A DNA stretch of 43,811 bases from Paracoccaceae bacterium (GCA_027000645.1 JALTNO010000272.1:1-43811); one strand, 5' to 3'; shown: positions 17,501 through 26,889, counted from the first letter of the stretch. Translations and numbers: made by a program. Notes: generated from the letters alone by a model not told the origin.

Positions 17501-20028
17501 CCTTCGGGCAGGATGTCATCAAACAGGGGTCGAATCCCGATGACCGGGCCCGCCGGCCGGACCGGAGCGCTCAGGCGGCGTTCCACCGGCCGTGCCGATC
17601 CGTCGGCCAGACGGACAATGACGGTCGCCTCCAGCGGCTGGCCCTCGGTTTCCGGCTCGGGCAGCACCAGCGGCACGACCGCCCGGCCCTGTGCATCGGT
17701 GCGCAGGCCGCCGAACGGTTCGCCGACCTGCCCGACCGGCGCATCGTGCCGGCTAAAGCGGAAGCCGGGCCATGCCTCCACGCGGTCGGCGGCGCGAATC
17801 CTCACTTCGCCTTCGACCTTCAGATCCGCCCCCGGCGCGCCGAACAGATAGCGCGCGTTGATCCGCAGCAGCGGCCGGTCGCCCGGCCGGATCGGTCCCG
17901 CGGGCAGGGCAAGGTCGAAATCGATCCGCTCGGGCAGGAAGTCCTCGACCAGGATTCGGCGGCTGGCCAGCGCCTCGGCCTCCGGGTCGGCCCTGATGTC
18001 GAGCCGCCAGGTGCCGCGCGGCACGTCGCTGCCAAGCGCGAAGTCGAACACATGCCCCCCGGCATTGCCCGCGCCCGAGATGCGCCGGGCATATTCGACG
18101 CCGTCGGGGCGCGAAAGCACCGCGATCAGGGGCAGTCCTTCGATGGCGACGGCGGTGTCGTCGCGGGCCAGGGCCGTGGCGTAGATCGTTTCGCCCGCGC
18201 GATAGGCGCCGCGGTCGGTGGTCAGGAACACATCGACCGGCCCCGGCGCGGGCCGCCCCGCCACGCCCCGGTCCGAGAGATCGAAGGCCGGCTCGGTGAG
18301 CGACAGGAAGGCGATGTCCTCCTCCCCCTGTCGCGCCACGATCAGCGCCGGCGCCGCGCCCCCCGTCCCCCGCGTCAGGCCGGGTCCGAACACCGCGTGA
18401 CCCTCGGCATCGGTTCGCGCCGTGGCGAGCACCGCGTTGGCCCGCGAGATCAGGGACAGGGAGATGCCCTCACGGGGCGCGGCATCGCCAAGCCCGTGCA
18501 CCAGAACATGCAGGCCGTCGGTCCCCGACATGGTGGACAGTCCCAGGTCGGACAGCACGAACCACTGGGTCGCGCCGGCCACATCCCACGGATCGGTGCC
18601 GGGCACGCGGGCCGAAAGCGCGTAGATGCCCGGCGGCTGCCCGGCGATGGCGTCGCTCAGCGGCAGGCGGGTCGTCACCTCGCGGTTCAGTTCACCGGCG
18701 ATTTCGGCGCTGCCTGTCCAGATGTCTTCGCCGATTTCGCGGCTGAACCGGTCCTCCTGCCAGCGGGAGAGGGGCCGCCCGAAATAGCCGTCCTGAAAGG
18801 CGCGGATCAGGTTGCGGTCGGACACGCGGCGCAGGCGCAGATCGATGCGGTCGGTGTTCACGGTCATCACCGGCAGGGCGGCCTCGGCCGTGCGGGGCAG
18901 GACGTAGGAACGGCCGGGGAAGCGGACCATCGGAGCGCGGTCGCGCACGTAGTGGATGATCTCGACATCTTTCGACAGCGATTCGCCGTCGGCCGCGGGC
19001 AGTCCGGCGCGGAAGGTCAGACGATAGCGCACCCCGTGTTCGACCCCGCCTACGCAGAGCTGCCGCCCCTGCGCCTCGACCGTCAGCCCCGGTGCCGGCA
19101 GGCGCAGGAAGGGTTCGTAGTCCACCGCCTTGTCCAGGCGCCCGGAAAACTCGGCGCAGATCCGCGGGGTCGCCGAGTCGCTTTCGACGGAGCTTTCGAT
19201 GATGCGGAACCCGTACTTGCCGATGGCCTCGTCCAGCATCCTGTCGATATCGGCATCGGGCCGGATCGCCTGCGCCAGGCGCAGCGCGCCGATCATGTCG
19301 CGCCCGCGCCCCACCCGCTCGAGCGCCCACGCCAGCACCACCAGCGCCTCGGCCCGGTCATCTCCGGTCGCGGCGCGCAGGTAGGCGTTGGTTGCCGCCG
19401 CCACCGCGTTCCTGCGGTCGGTGTTCCGGCGCGCGATCTCCCGGGCCTCGATCGCCAGCAGGCGGCGGGCATATTCGGCCCACGGGCCCGACCGGTCGGA
19501 CAACAGAGCCACTGCCGCCGCCGTCCAGTTCGCGGCAAGCCGGGCCTCGCCCCGGGCTGCCTGCGCGCGGGCGGCCTCCAGTAGCGTCGCCGGATCGTTT
19601 GCGCCCGGGGGATGGCGCAGACCCAGATCGCGCGCGAGGGCAGCCGCGCCCGCAAGATCGCCCTCGCCCAGAAAGGTCAGCTCGGCGGCCCGCGCCGCCC
19701 CGGCCCGCAGCACGGCCCGGTCGGTGACGATCTTCCGGGCCGAGAACGCGCCCTCGTAAGGAACCCGCTCGCTCACCGCGCTTTTGGGGAAACAGGCGCG
19801 CGTTCGCGTGTTGTAGGTGAACGCGCCGCAGGATGCATCGGCCGAGCAGGTCCGGACGCAGCTTGGCAGGTCGGTATCGAACAGCGGCTCCAGATCGGAG
19901 CCGTAGAAATCGGTGTCCGGCGAGGCCAGGTAGCGGAATTCCGGTATCGCCTCCTGTGCGGAAAGCGCGGCCGGCAGGGCGGAAAGAACGACGACAAGCG
20001 GGGCAATCAGGCGCATCAATCGGGGCAT
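14578..20028 (-). CDS. yfhM: Bacterial alpha-2-macroglobulin with N-terminal PAN/apple domain
   Basis: GAGGAG SD before ATG 20028. 'TDRGAYRAGET', 'VEDFLPERI', thioester 'YPYGCTEQ', C-terminal 'VEDMYRP'. Canonical pairing with pbpC. Confidence 0.93.
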   Translation of the reverse strand: MPRLMRLIAPLVVVLSALPAALSAQEAIPEFRYLASPDTDFYGSDLEPLFDTDLPSCVRTCSADASCGAFTYNTRTRACFPKSAVSERVPYEGAFSARKIVTDRAVLRAGAARAAELTFLGEGDLAGAAALARDLGLRHPPGANDPATLLEAARAQAARGEARLAANWTAAAVALLSDRSGPWAEYARRLLAIEAREIARRNTDRRNAVAAATNAYLRAATGDDRAEALVVLAWALERVGRGRDMIGALRLAQAIRPDADIDRMLDEAIGKYGFRIIESSVESDSATPRICAEFSGRLDKAVDYEPFLRLPAPGLTVEAQGRQLCVGGVEHGVRYRLTFRAGLPAADGESLSKDVEIIHYVRDRAPMVRFPGRSYVLPRTAEAALPVMTVNTDRIDLRLRRVSDRNLIRAFQDGYFGRPLSRWQEDRFSREIGEDIWTGSAEIAGELNREVTTRLPLSDAIAGQPPGIYALSARVPGTDPWDVAGATQWFVLSDLGLSTMSGTDGLHVLVHGLGDAAPREGISLSLISRANAVLATARTDAEGHAVFGPGLTRGTGGAAPALIVARQGEEDIAFLSLTEPAFDLSDRGVAGRPAPGPVDVFLTTDRGAYRAGETIYATALARDDTAVAIEGLPLIAVLSRPDGVEYARRISGAGNAGGHVFDFALGSDVPRGTWRLDIRADPEAEALASRRILVEDFLPERIDFDLALPAGPIRPGDRPLLRINARYLFGAPGADLKVEGEVRIRAADRVEAWPGFRFSRHDAPVGQVGEPFGGLRTDAQGRAVVPLVLPEPETEGQPLEATVIVRLADGSARPVERRLSAPVRPAGPVIGIRPLFDDILPEGGEAAFEVIGLAPTLAPMPMRVKWTLNRVETRYQWYQLYGNWEWEPITRRTRVATGEAALDATPLRLSLPVGWGSYELVVERTDGDYAAASVAFDAGWYGAADAATTPDRLEMSLDRESYRPGDTARLRIVPRARGTALITVMSNRVIARRAVAVEAGETMIPLPVTADWGAGAYVVATVIRPLDGQARRNPGRALGVVHASVTPEGRVLDVAIDVPEVVRPRQAQPVRVTVGGARKGEPVWLTLAAVDLGILNLTGFESPDPKGHFFGQRRLGVELRDLYGRLIDGMNGAMGVVRSGGDGAAGMRMQSPPPTQDLVAVFSGPVRVGEDGSALIDVALPDFNGTVRLMAVAWSRSSVGQAARDMTVRDPVVVTANLPRFLAPSDRSRILLRVSHADGPAGEMRLDLGLRGEGLRLGAGPGRFRLEPGGRREFAVPVTALAPGDSEIELSLTLPGGRVLRQALRLTVRSNDPVVSETRRFSLAAGDSFLFTDDVFAGYRPGTGQAILSAGPLAKFDVPGLLARLDRYPYGCTEQLTSKALPLLYLSSVAQAGGLGDSPAIRRRIDATISRILTRQAANGAFGLWRPDSGDPWLDAYVSDFLSRARAAGHAVPDLPFRQAMDNLRNSVNRAADFDRGGEAIAYALMVLAREGAAAMGDLRYYADARGDAFATPLAAAQLGAALAMYGDRTRADAMFRRAAKMLQRQDEERESPRWRADYGTALRDAAGVLALAAETGSEAVDLDALALRVGPGQGRRSTQESAWTLLAANALVSEPERSGLRVNGRAVSGPFVRVRADDGRAGDMTITSAGGRATDITLTTLGVPEVAPPAGGAGYRITRSYYAMDGTPLEGAAFAVGDRFVTVIEVSSLERAGARLMVDDPLPAGIEIDNPNLLRSGDVAALGWLATDDAAHAEFRTDRFLAAVDLRAGVGKVTLAYVARAVSPGQFHRPAALVEDMYRPRLRAWTGTGSVSIGE

Positions 20029-20072
20029 CTCGGTCTCCTCAATACCGTTCAGGGTCGCATGGCGCCGGCGAT

Positions 20073-20096
20073 TCTGGCAACGTCTCTGGCAACGTC
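20073..20096. repeat. Perfect 12-bp tandem repeat TCTGGCAACGTC x2
   Basis: Read directly in the divergent macroglobulin/kinase intergenic region. Confidence 0.85.
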
Positions 20097-20110
20097 GCAT
20101 CCCGCCTGTC

Positions 20111-20126
20111 TTAATCTTCTGTTTAC
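20111..20126 (+). promoter_or_regulatory. CtrA-like box upstream of the hybrid kinase
   Basis: TTAA-TCTTCTG-TTTAC, one mismatch to TTAA-N7-TTAAC. Confidence 0.5.
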
Positions 20127-20188
20127 CGGCTGCGGGGATGCTGGCGCCCGCGACCACCATTCACGGGGCGAACAGCGGATTTACGGCC

Positions 20189-22516
20189 ATGGAGCTTGCC
20201 GAAAAACTTGCCGCCGAACGGCGGGCACGGCTGGCGGCGGAGCGGTTGCTGGAACTCAAGCAGGCGGAACTTCTGGCCGCCAATCGCAAGCTGGGCCTGC
20301 ACGCGCTGGCGCTGACCCGGCAGATCGGCGAAACCCGGGCCGAGGTCGAAACCGTCCGGGACGAAGCCGAAAGGGTGCGCTCGGACCTGCATGCCGCCAA
20401 CCGCAAGGTCGAGGTCGCCGAACGCCGGCTGTGGCTTTCGATCAGCGCCATTCCCGACGGCTTCGCCTTCTTCGATGCCGACAGCCGGCTGATCGCGGCC
20501 AACCCGGCCTATCTGGAATTCTTCGACGGGCTGGAAGAGGTGGCGCCGGGCGTCAGCTACATGCGCATTCTTCAGCTTCTGACCGACGAGGGGCTGATCG
20601 ACACCGGGGACATGGCCCCCGACGCCTGGCGCGCCATGATGATCGAACGCTGGATGTCACCCGATCCGAAACCGGTGGTGATGCGCAGCTGGAACGGCCG
20701 GTACATCCGCCTGATCGACCAGCGCGGCCACGGCAGCGACGTGGTCAGCCTGGCGCTGAACATCACCGCCAGCGTCCGCTACGAGGAAGAACTGAAGGCC
20801 GCCCGCGCGCGGGCCGAGGCCGCAAACCGCGCCAAATCGGCTTTCCTGGCCAACATGAGCCACGAAATCCGCACCCCCATGAACGGGATCGTGGGCATGG
20901 CCGATCTGCTGGCCGAATCGCCTCTGGACGAGGAACAGAAGCTTTATGTCGATACCATCCGCAATTCGGGCGAGGCACTTCTGGTCATCATCAATGACGT
21001 GCTCGACTATTCCCGGATCGAGGCCGGGCGGATGTCGCTGCACCCCGAATCCTTCGACCTGGAACGGACCGTTCACGAGGTTGCGCTGCTGCTGCAGCCG
21101 ATGGCGCGGGACAAGGGGATCGACCTCGTGGTGGATTACGACCTGTTCCTGCCCACCCGCCTTGTCGGCGACCGGGGCCGCATCCGGCAGGTGCTGACCA
21201 ACCTTGCCGGAAACGCCGTCAAGTTCACCATGCAGGGCCATGTGCTGATCCGGGTGACCGGGGTACCGCAGGACGGGCGCTGCGCGGTGCATGTCGCCAT
21301 CGAGGATACCGGAATCGGCATTCCCCCCGACCGGATCGAGCATGTCTTCGGCGAATTCAACCAGGTCGAGGATGAGCGCAACCGCCGGTTCGAGGGCACC
21401 GGGCTGGGGCTGGCGATCTCGCGCCGGCTGGTGGAGCTGATGGGTGGCGCGATCTGGGTCGAAAGCGAAGAGGGCAAGGGATCGTGCTTCGGCTTTCGGG
21501 TGGAGCTGCCGGTGGCCGAGGGCGAGGATGCCCCCGACCCGCCCCTGCCGCAGGGGCCGGGGCATGTGATGGTCGTGGCCGACCGGCCGATCAGCCGGGA
21601 AATCCTTTGCCGCCAGATCGGGGCGACCGGCATCCGGGTCACCGCCTGCGGTTCGGGGCAGGAGGCGCTGGCGCGCATGGATGACAGCGTCGAACTGGTG
21701 ATCGCCGATCACGACATGCCGGGGATGGACGGGCTGGAACTTGCCGCCGCGCTGCGTGAGGGGGGGCGTTGGAAAGCGCCGGTGGTGCTGATGTCATCGA
21801 ACCCTTCGGCGGTGGTGTCCTCGGGGCTGATCCGGGGCGTTCTGACCAGGCCGGTGTCGCGGGCGGCGCTGTTTGCCCGTCTGGCCGAGCTGCGCGGCGA
21901 CGGTGCGGCCGCGCGCGCCGGAACGCCCGAAACCGCGTCGCCCGGACCTGCCCCGGCCGAAGTCGTGCCGCCCGCGCGGCCCGAGGCTTCCGAAGCGGAA
22001 GCATCGACTTCGCCCCCGGCGGTCCCGCCCGCGCGGCCCGAATCCGAACCGCCCGGCCCGCCAGCGGTGCAGGATGAGGCGCGGCCGCGCGTGCTGGTGG
22101 CCGAGGACAACCGCACCAACCAGCTGGTGTTCCGCAAGATGGCCGGGGGGCTCGAGATCGACCTGCATTTCGCCAATGACGGGGCCCAGGCGGTGGCCGC
22201 ATTCCGCGAAATCGCCCCCGACCTGATCTTCATGGACATTTCCATGCCCGGAGTGGACGGCAAGCAGGCCGCGGCGGAAATCCGGCGGATCGAGGGCGAA
22301 ACCGGCGGGCATGTTCCCATCGTGGCACTGACCGCCCACGCCATGGAGGGCGACGCGCAGGACATACTGGCCTGCGGGATCGACCGCTACATGACCAAGC
22401 CGCTGCGCAAGGCCGCACTGCACGCGATCATGGCCGAGATCCTTCCCGAGGTTGCCGCCGCGGCTGGCGGTGATTCCCCCGACCATCAGGCCGCGACCGG
22501 CGGCGGGCCGACATGA
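20189..22516 (+). CDS. Soluble hybrid sensor histidine kinase (coiled coil-PAS-HisKA-HATPase-REC-Pro linker-REC)
   Basis: H-box 'FLANMSHEIRTPMNG', N-box 'NLAGNAVKFT', G-boxes 'DTGIGI' and 'GTGLGL', receivers 'ADHDMPGMDG' and 'MDISMPGVDG'. No transmembrane helix seen. Start uncertain (20138 possible). Confidence 0.9.
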   Translation: MELAEKLAAERRARLAAERLLELKQAELLAANRKLGLHALALTRQIGETRAEVETVRDEAERVRSDLHAANRKVEVAERRLWLSISAIPDGFAFFDADSRLIAANPAYLEFFDGLEEVAPGVSYMRILQLLTDEGLIDTGDMAPDAWRAMMIERWMSPDPKPVVMRSWNGRYIRLIDQRGHGSDVVSLALNITASVRYEEELKAARARAEAANRAKSAFLANMSHEIRTPMNGIVGMADLLAESPLDEEQKLYVDTIRNSGEALLVIINDVLDYSRIEAGRMSLHPESFDLERTVHEVALLLQPMARDKGIDLVVDYDLFLPTRLVGDRGRIRQVLTNLAGNAVKFTMQGHVLIRVTGVPQDGRCAVHVAIEDTGIGIPPDRIEHVFGEFNQVEDERNRRFEGTGLGLAISRRLVELMGGAIWVESEEGKGSCFGFRVELPVAEGEDAPDPPLPQGPGHVMVVADRPISREILCRQIGATGIRVTACGSGQEALARMDDSVELVIADHDMPGMDGLELAAALREGGRWKAPVVLMSSNPSAVVSSGLIRGVLTRPVSRAALFARLAELRGDGAAARAGTPETASPGPAPAEVVPPARPEASEAEASTSPPAVPPARPESEPPGPPAVQDEARPRVLVAEDNRTNQLVFRKMAGGLEIDLHFANDGAQAVAAFREIAPDLIFMDISMPGVDGKQAAAEIRRIEGETGGHVPIVALTAHAMEGDAQDILACGIDRYMTKPLRKAALHAIMAEILPEVAAAAGGDSPDHQAATGGGPT

Positions 22517-22594
22517 CCGGGCAGCGGGTTGCGCCGGACCGCGCGCGGGGCTAACCATCGCGCAGGCGGGTGCCGCCAACCGGAAGGAGAGCCC

Positions 22595-23707
22595 ATGACA
22601 CCCCTGCAAGGCCTGAAGGTCGTCGAACTGGCACGCATCCTCGCCGGACCGTGGATCGGGCAGGCGCTGGCCGATCTGGGTGCCGAGGTGGTGAAGGTCG
22701 AAAGCCCCCAGGGCGACGATACCCGCAGATGGGGCCCGCCCTTCATCGAACGCGATGGCGACCGCACGGCTGCCTACTACTATGCCGCCAACCGCGGCAA
22801 GACCTGCGTGACCGCCGATTTCCGCACCCCCGAGGGGCAGGCGAAGGTCATTGATCTGGTGCGCGACGCCGACATCCTGATCGAGAATTTCAAGGTCGGG
22901 GGGCTGGCCCGATACGGGCTGGACCATGACAGCCTCAGCCGGATCAATCCCCGGCTGATCTACTGTTCCGTCACCGGCTTCGGCCAGGATGGCCCTTATG
23001 CGGCGCGGGCGGGCTATGATTTTCTGCTTCAGGGCATGTCGGGGTTGATGTCGATCACGGGCGAGCCCGACCGGCAGCCGATGAAGGTCGGGGTGGCGAT
23101 CACCGATATCGTGACCGGGCTTTACGGCGCCATCGGCATTCTGGCCGCTCTCGAACAGCGCCATCGCACCGGGCGGGGGCAGCATCTGGACATGTCGCTT
23201 CTGGATTGCTCGGTGGCGATGCTGGCCAACCAGACCATGAACTACCTTGCCTCGGGCATCAGCCCCAACCGGCTGGGCAACACGCATCCGAACATCGCCC
23301 CCTACCAGGTGGTGCCGGTGAAGGACGGCCATATCATCCTGGCGGTGGGCAACGATGCCCAGTTCCGCCGCTTCTGCGAGGTGATCGACCGGCCCGACCT
23401 GCGCGACGACCCGCGTTTTGCCAGCAATGAATCCCGGGTCGCCCACCGCGACGCCCTGACCGCCGAGATCGAGCGCAGCCTGGCAGGCCGCGAGGCGGGC
23501 GAAATTCTGGCCGCGCTCGAGGATGCTACCGTTCCCGCCGGACCGATCAACACCATCGGCCAGGCCCTGAACGACCCCCAGATCGTCCATCGCGGCATGG
23601 TCATCCACCCCGAAGGCGTGCCCGGCCTGCGCGGGCCGTGGCGGTTTTCCGATGCCGAACTGGCGCTGGAGCGCTCGGCGCCGACCCTGCCGCGTCAGAG
23701 CGGCTGA
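22595..23707 (+). CDS. CaiB/BaiF family (class III) CoA-transferase
   Basis: AAGGAG SD. 'LQGLKVVELARILAGP', 'LADLGAEVVKVE', 'NRGK', 'IYCSVTGFGQDGP', 'VAITDIVTG'. Confidence 0.92.
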   Translation: MTPLQGLKVVELARILAGPWIGQALADLGAEVVKVESPQGDDTRRWGPPFIERDGDRTAAYYYAANRGKTCVTADFRTPEGQAKVIDLVRDADILIENFKVGGLARYGLDHDSLSRINPRLIYCSVTGFGQDGPYAARAGYDFLLQGMSGLMSITGEPDRQPMKVGVAITDIVTGLYGAIGILAALEQRHRTGRGQHLDMSLLDCSVAMLANQTMNYLASGISPNRLGNTHPNIAPYQVVPVKDGHIILAVGNDAQFRRFCEVIDRPDLRDDPRFASNESRVAHRDALTAEIERSLAGREAGEILAALEDATVPAGPINTIGQALNDPQIVHRGMVIHPEGVPGLRGPWRFSDAELALERSAPTLPRQSG

Positions 23708-24699
23708 AGCAGATCGGCCGTGGGCCGGATGGCGCCGGTCACGATCCCGCGCCGGTTCAGGATCGGCGCATTCACATATCTTCGCGCCGCATCCTGCTCG
23801 GGATCGAGGGCGCCCAGCGCGATCAGCAGCGCCGCAATCGCGCATTCGCTGGCCCGCGTGGCGCCGTCGGAGATCTTCAGCGCCACCCCCAGGCGGCGTT
23901 CGGGCAGGATCGCAACGAAGACGCCCTCGGCCCCGGTCTTGACCGCGCCGCGCCCGCCCATGGCCCGCATCAGCGCGGTGCAGGCGCGCTGTTGACCGGC
24001 GACAAGCGCGGGATGCGCCATCATCGCCTGCACCAGCCGCGCCGCCGCCCGGCTGGCGCTGTCGCTGCGCCCGTTCGCGCCGGCAAACCACGCCATGGCG
24101 CGGGCCAGCCCGTGCAGCGTGGTGGCGAAATTGGGGGCCGAGCATCCGTCGATCCCGAAACCGGGGCTTTCCTGCCCGGTCGCCTCTTCGAAGGCCGTGC
24201 GCACCGCCCTTTGCACCGGATGGTCGATTTCCACGTATTCCGGCCCGGCGCCCAGGTGTTTCGACAGCGTGAGAAATCCGGTGTGCTTGCCCGAACAGTT
24301 GTTGTGATACTGGCAGGGGCGCGCGTCGCTGCAGATCAGGCGGGTGCGTTCCTCGCGGTCATTGGGCATCTGCGGGCCGCAGCGCAGGTCGTCATCGGTC
24401 AGCCCCAGCTCTGCCAGCCACGCCCGCACCCGCGCGGTGTGGATCGCGGCGCCGTCGTGGGATGCGCAGGCCAGCGCCAGCTGTTCCTCGCCAAGGCCGA
24501 AGGCATCCGCCGCACCCGAGCTGAGCAGCGGCAGCGCCTGGATCATCTTGCACGCGCTGCGCGGATAGATCAGCGCCTGCGCATCGCCATGGGCCCGCAG
24601 GATGCGGCCGCTCTCGTCGCAGATCACCGCATGACCCAGATGCAGGCTTTCCAGATAGGGGCCGCGCCAGATCTCGGCCATGGGGACGGGGTGAGTCAT
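23695..24699 (-). CDS. ansA: L-asparaginase, Rhizobium etli-type (class 3 / Asparaginase_II)
   Basis: 'RSACKMIQAL', 'ACASHDG', 'NNCSGKH', 'IDGCSAPN', 'KTGAEGV'. Start at MTHPVPM; the longer track ORF is an upstream extension. 13-bp convergent overlap with the CoA-transferase. Confidence 0.88.
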   Translation of the reverse strand: MTHPVPMAEIWRGPYLESLHLGHAVICDESGRILRAHGDAQALIYPRSACKMIQALPLLSSGAADAFGLGEEQLALACASHDGAAIHTARVRAWLAELGLTDDDLRCGPQMPNDREERTRLICSDARPCQYHNNCSGKHTGFLTLSKHLGAGPEYVEIDHPVQRAVRTAFEEATGQESPGFGIDGCSAPNFATTLHGLARAMAWFAGANGRSDSASRAAARLVQAMMAHPALVAGQQRACTALMRAMGGRGAVKTGAEGVFVAILPERRLGVALKISDGATRASECAIAALLIALGALDPEQDAARRYVNAPILNRRGIVTGAIRPTADLLQPL

Positions 24700-24867
24700 T
24701 CTTGTCTCTTTCGTGGGCGGTTTCCTGCCAATCGCTCTTTCGCTGGTGGCCCTCGTTGGTCTATTGTGTCTATGTCGGCAATCGGCGGGGCACGCAAGAG
24801 AGACGGCCGGCCAAGGCCGCGCGCCGCCGGAATATTGAGGTAAACGAAAGTCTGGGAGTCTGGACGA

Positions 24868-25401
24868 ATGGGATCGAAACTCGCCCGCCTGATCGCGGGC
24901 CTGTGTTTGGCCGCGCTGGCCGCAACCTCTGCAAGCGCTCAGGAAAGAAGCAAGAACCGCGTTGCGGCCGAGACCGACTGGAGCGTATTCGTCGAGAGCA
25001 ACCCGAAGAAGGAATGCTGGAGCGTCTCCGCCCCGAAGAAGACGGTCAACACCCGCGGTGGCAAGGTCGTTGCGGTGCGGCGCAGCGATATCCTGCTGTT
25101 CGTGTTCTTCCGCCCAAGCGAGGGGGTGAAGGGCCAGGTTTCGTTCACCGGCGGCTACCCCTTCGCGGCGGGATCGACGGTGGGTCTCGATATCGACGGA
25201 ACCCGGTTCGAGATGTTCACCAAGGGCGAATGGGCCTGGGCGAAGAATTCCGACGAAGACGCGAAGATCATCGCCGCCATGAAACGCGGCAAGCAGGCGG
25301 TCCTGACCGCCCGGTCCAAGCGCGGCACCCAGACCAAGGACACGTTCTCGCTGCTGGGGTTCACGGCGGCGGTCGAGGACGCGGAAAAGCGCTGCAAGTA
25401 G
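24868..25401 (+). CDS. Invasion-associated locus B (IalB)-like exported protein
   Basis: Signal peptide, 'DWSVF', 'ECWSVSAP', 'AMKRG...RSKRGTQTKDTFSLLGFTAA...C'. This position upstream of rlmN is usual in alphaproteobacteria. Confidence 0.82.
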   Translation: MGSKLARLIAGLCLAALAATSASAQERSKNRVAAETDWSVFVESNPKKECWSVSAPKKTVNTRGGKVVAVRRSDILLFVFFRPSEGVKGQVSFTGGYPFAAGSTVGLDIDGTRFEMFTKGEWAWAKNSDEDAKIIAAMKRGKQAVLTARSKRGTQTKDTFSLLGFTAAVEDAEKRCK

Positions 25402-25496
25402 TGCCTGAACCGGTGCGATCCGCCAGTCGCCCCGGAACCGCTCCCGAGGGGCGGTCTGCGGTTGACCTGCGGCCGGGGCGTCGCGCCGGGTTTGTT

Positions 25497-25524
25497 TTGA
25501 AATCGTCGCAAAACCCTGTATAGG
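25497..25524 (+). promoter_or_regulatory. Putative sigma70 promoter for rlmN
   Basis: TTGAAA-N16-TATAGG. Confidence 0.4.
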
Positions 25525-25559
25525 GACGGTCTGCTGCCGAATCCGAAGGTCCATGTGCC

Positions 25560-26759
25560 ATGTCCGCAGATGCAGATGCGCCGATCACCCAGGATGTCGT
25601 CACCATCCCCCGGGCATTGCCCGAGGGGCCGATCAACCTTGTCGGCCTGACCCGTGCGCAGTTGCGCGAGGTTCTGGTGGCCAGTGGCACGCCCGAGCGG
25701 CAGGCGAACATGCGGGTCGGGCAGATCTGGCAGTGGATCTACCACTGGGGCGTGCGCGATTTCGACGCGATGACCAACCTGGCCAAGAGCTATCGCACGC
25801 AGCTTGCCGAGAACTTCGTGATCGAACTGCCCCGGGTGGTCAGCCGTCAGGTCAGCGCCGATGGCACCCGCAAGTATCTGGTTCGCATTGCCGGCGGGCA
25901 CGAGGTCGAAACCGTCTACATCCCGGAAGAGGGGCGCGGCACGCTGTGCATCTCGTCCCAGGTCGGGTGCACGCTGACCTGTTCCTTCTGTCACACCGGG
26001 ACGCAGAAACTGGTGCGCAACCTGACCGCGGCGGAAATCGTCGGGCAGGTGATGGTGGCGCGCGACGATCTGGGCGAATGGCCGGTGCCGGGCCGGCCAA
26101 AGGACGAAACCCGCCTGCTGTCGAACATCGTGCTGATGGGCATGGGCGAGCCGCTTTACAACTTCGACAATGTCCGCGACGCGATGAAGGTGGTGATGGA
26201 TGGCGAAGGCATCGCCCTGTCGCGCCGCCGGATCACGCTTTCGACCAGCGGCGTGGTGCCCCAGATTGCCCGTGCCGCCGAAGAGATCGGCTGCATGCTG
26301 GCGGTGTCCTTTCACGCAACGACGAACGAGGTGCGCGACCGGCTGGTGCCGATCAATCGGCGCTGGAACATCGAGGAACTTCTGGATGCCCTGCGCGCCT
26401 ACCCGCGGCTGTCCAATTCCGAACGGATCACCTTCGAATACGTGATGCTGGACGGGGTGAACGACAGCGACGAGGACGCCCGCCGCCTGATCCGGCTGAT
26501 CGCCGGCATTCCGGCCAAGATCAACCTGATCCCGTTCAATGAGTGGCCCGGTGCGCCCTATCGCCGGTCGCCGGAAAAGCGCATTCGTGCCTTCGCCGAC
26601 ATCATCTACAAGGCAGGTTATGCATCGCCCATCCGCACGCCGCGGGGCGAGGACATCATGGCCGCCTGCGGGCAATTGAAATCCGCCACCGAACGCGCCC
26701 GCAAGTCGCGCCGCGAGATCGAGGCCGAGGCGGGCGTAACGGGCCTGACATCGCGCTGA
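25560..26759 (+). CDS. rlmN: Dual-specificity 23S rRNA/tRNA m2A methyltransferase (radical SAM)
   Basis: '[18 protein letters not shown]', 'MGMGEP', 'INLIPFN', 'DIMAACGQL'. Confidence 0.97.
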   Translation: MSADADAPITQDVVTIPRALPEGPINLVGLTRAQLREVLVASGTPERQANMRVGQIWQWIYHWGVRDFDAMTNLAKSYRTQLAENFVIELPRVVSRQVSADGTRKYLVRIAGGHEVETVYIPEEGRGTLCISSQVGCTLTCSFCHTGTQKLVRNLTAAEIVGQVMVARDDLGEWPVPGRPKDETRLLSNIVLMGMGEPLYNFDNVRDAMKVVMDGEGIALSRRRITLSTSGVVPQIARAAEEIGCMLAVSFHATTNEVRDRLVPINRRWNIEELLDALRAYPRLSNSERITFEYVMLDGVNDSDEDARRLIRLIAGIPAKINLIPFNEWPGAPYRRSPEKRIRAFADIIYKAGYASPIRTPRGEDIMAACGQLKSATERARKSRREIEAEAGVTGLTSR

Positions 26760-26889
26760 ACGCAGGTTCCGGGCCGAAAGGCGACGAAACAATCCGGCCG
26801 TTCGCCCGGATATTTCCCCAATTCGGAACCAAATCGGCCCCGATCAACAATCAGTCTCAAACCTGCATACAGGTTGCAGGAGAGAAACG

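Noticed and set aside
22595-23707. CaiB CoA-transferase as part of benzoate catabolism
   Set aside because: 10 kb from the box cluster, no TGCA-N6-TGCA box upstream, and the family is widespread.
23695-23707. 13-bp convergent overlap of CoA-transferase and asparaginase
   Set aside because: Short tail-to-tail overlaps are common and imply no function.
24700-25554. Apparent 619-aa fusion upstream of the asparaginase
   Set aside because: The extension is antisense to the IalB-like gene. Asparaginase sequence starts at 24699.
26864-26878. TGCA-N7-TGCA as a further BoxR site
   Set aside because: Spacer is 7 rather than 6, lacks the AT-rich core, and is far from box genes.
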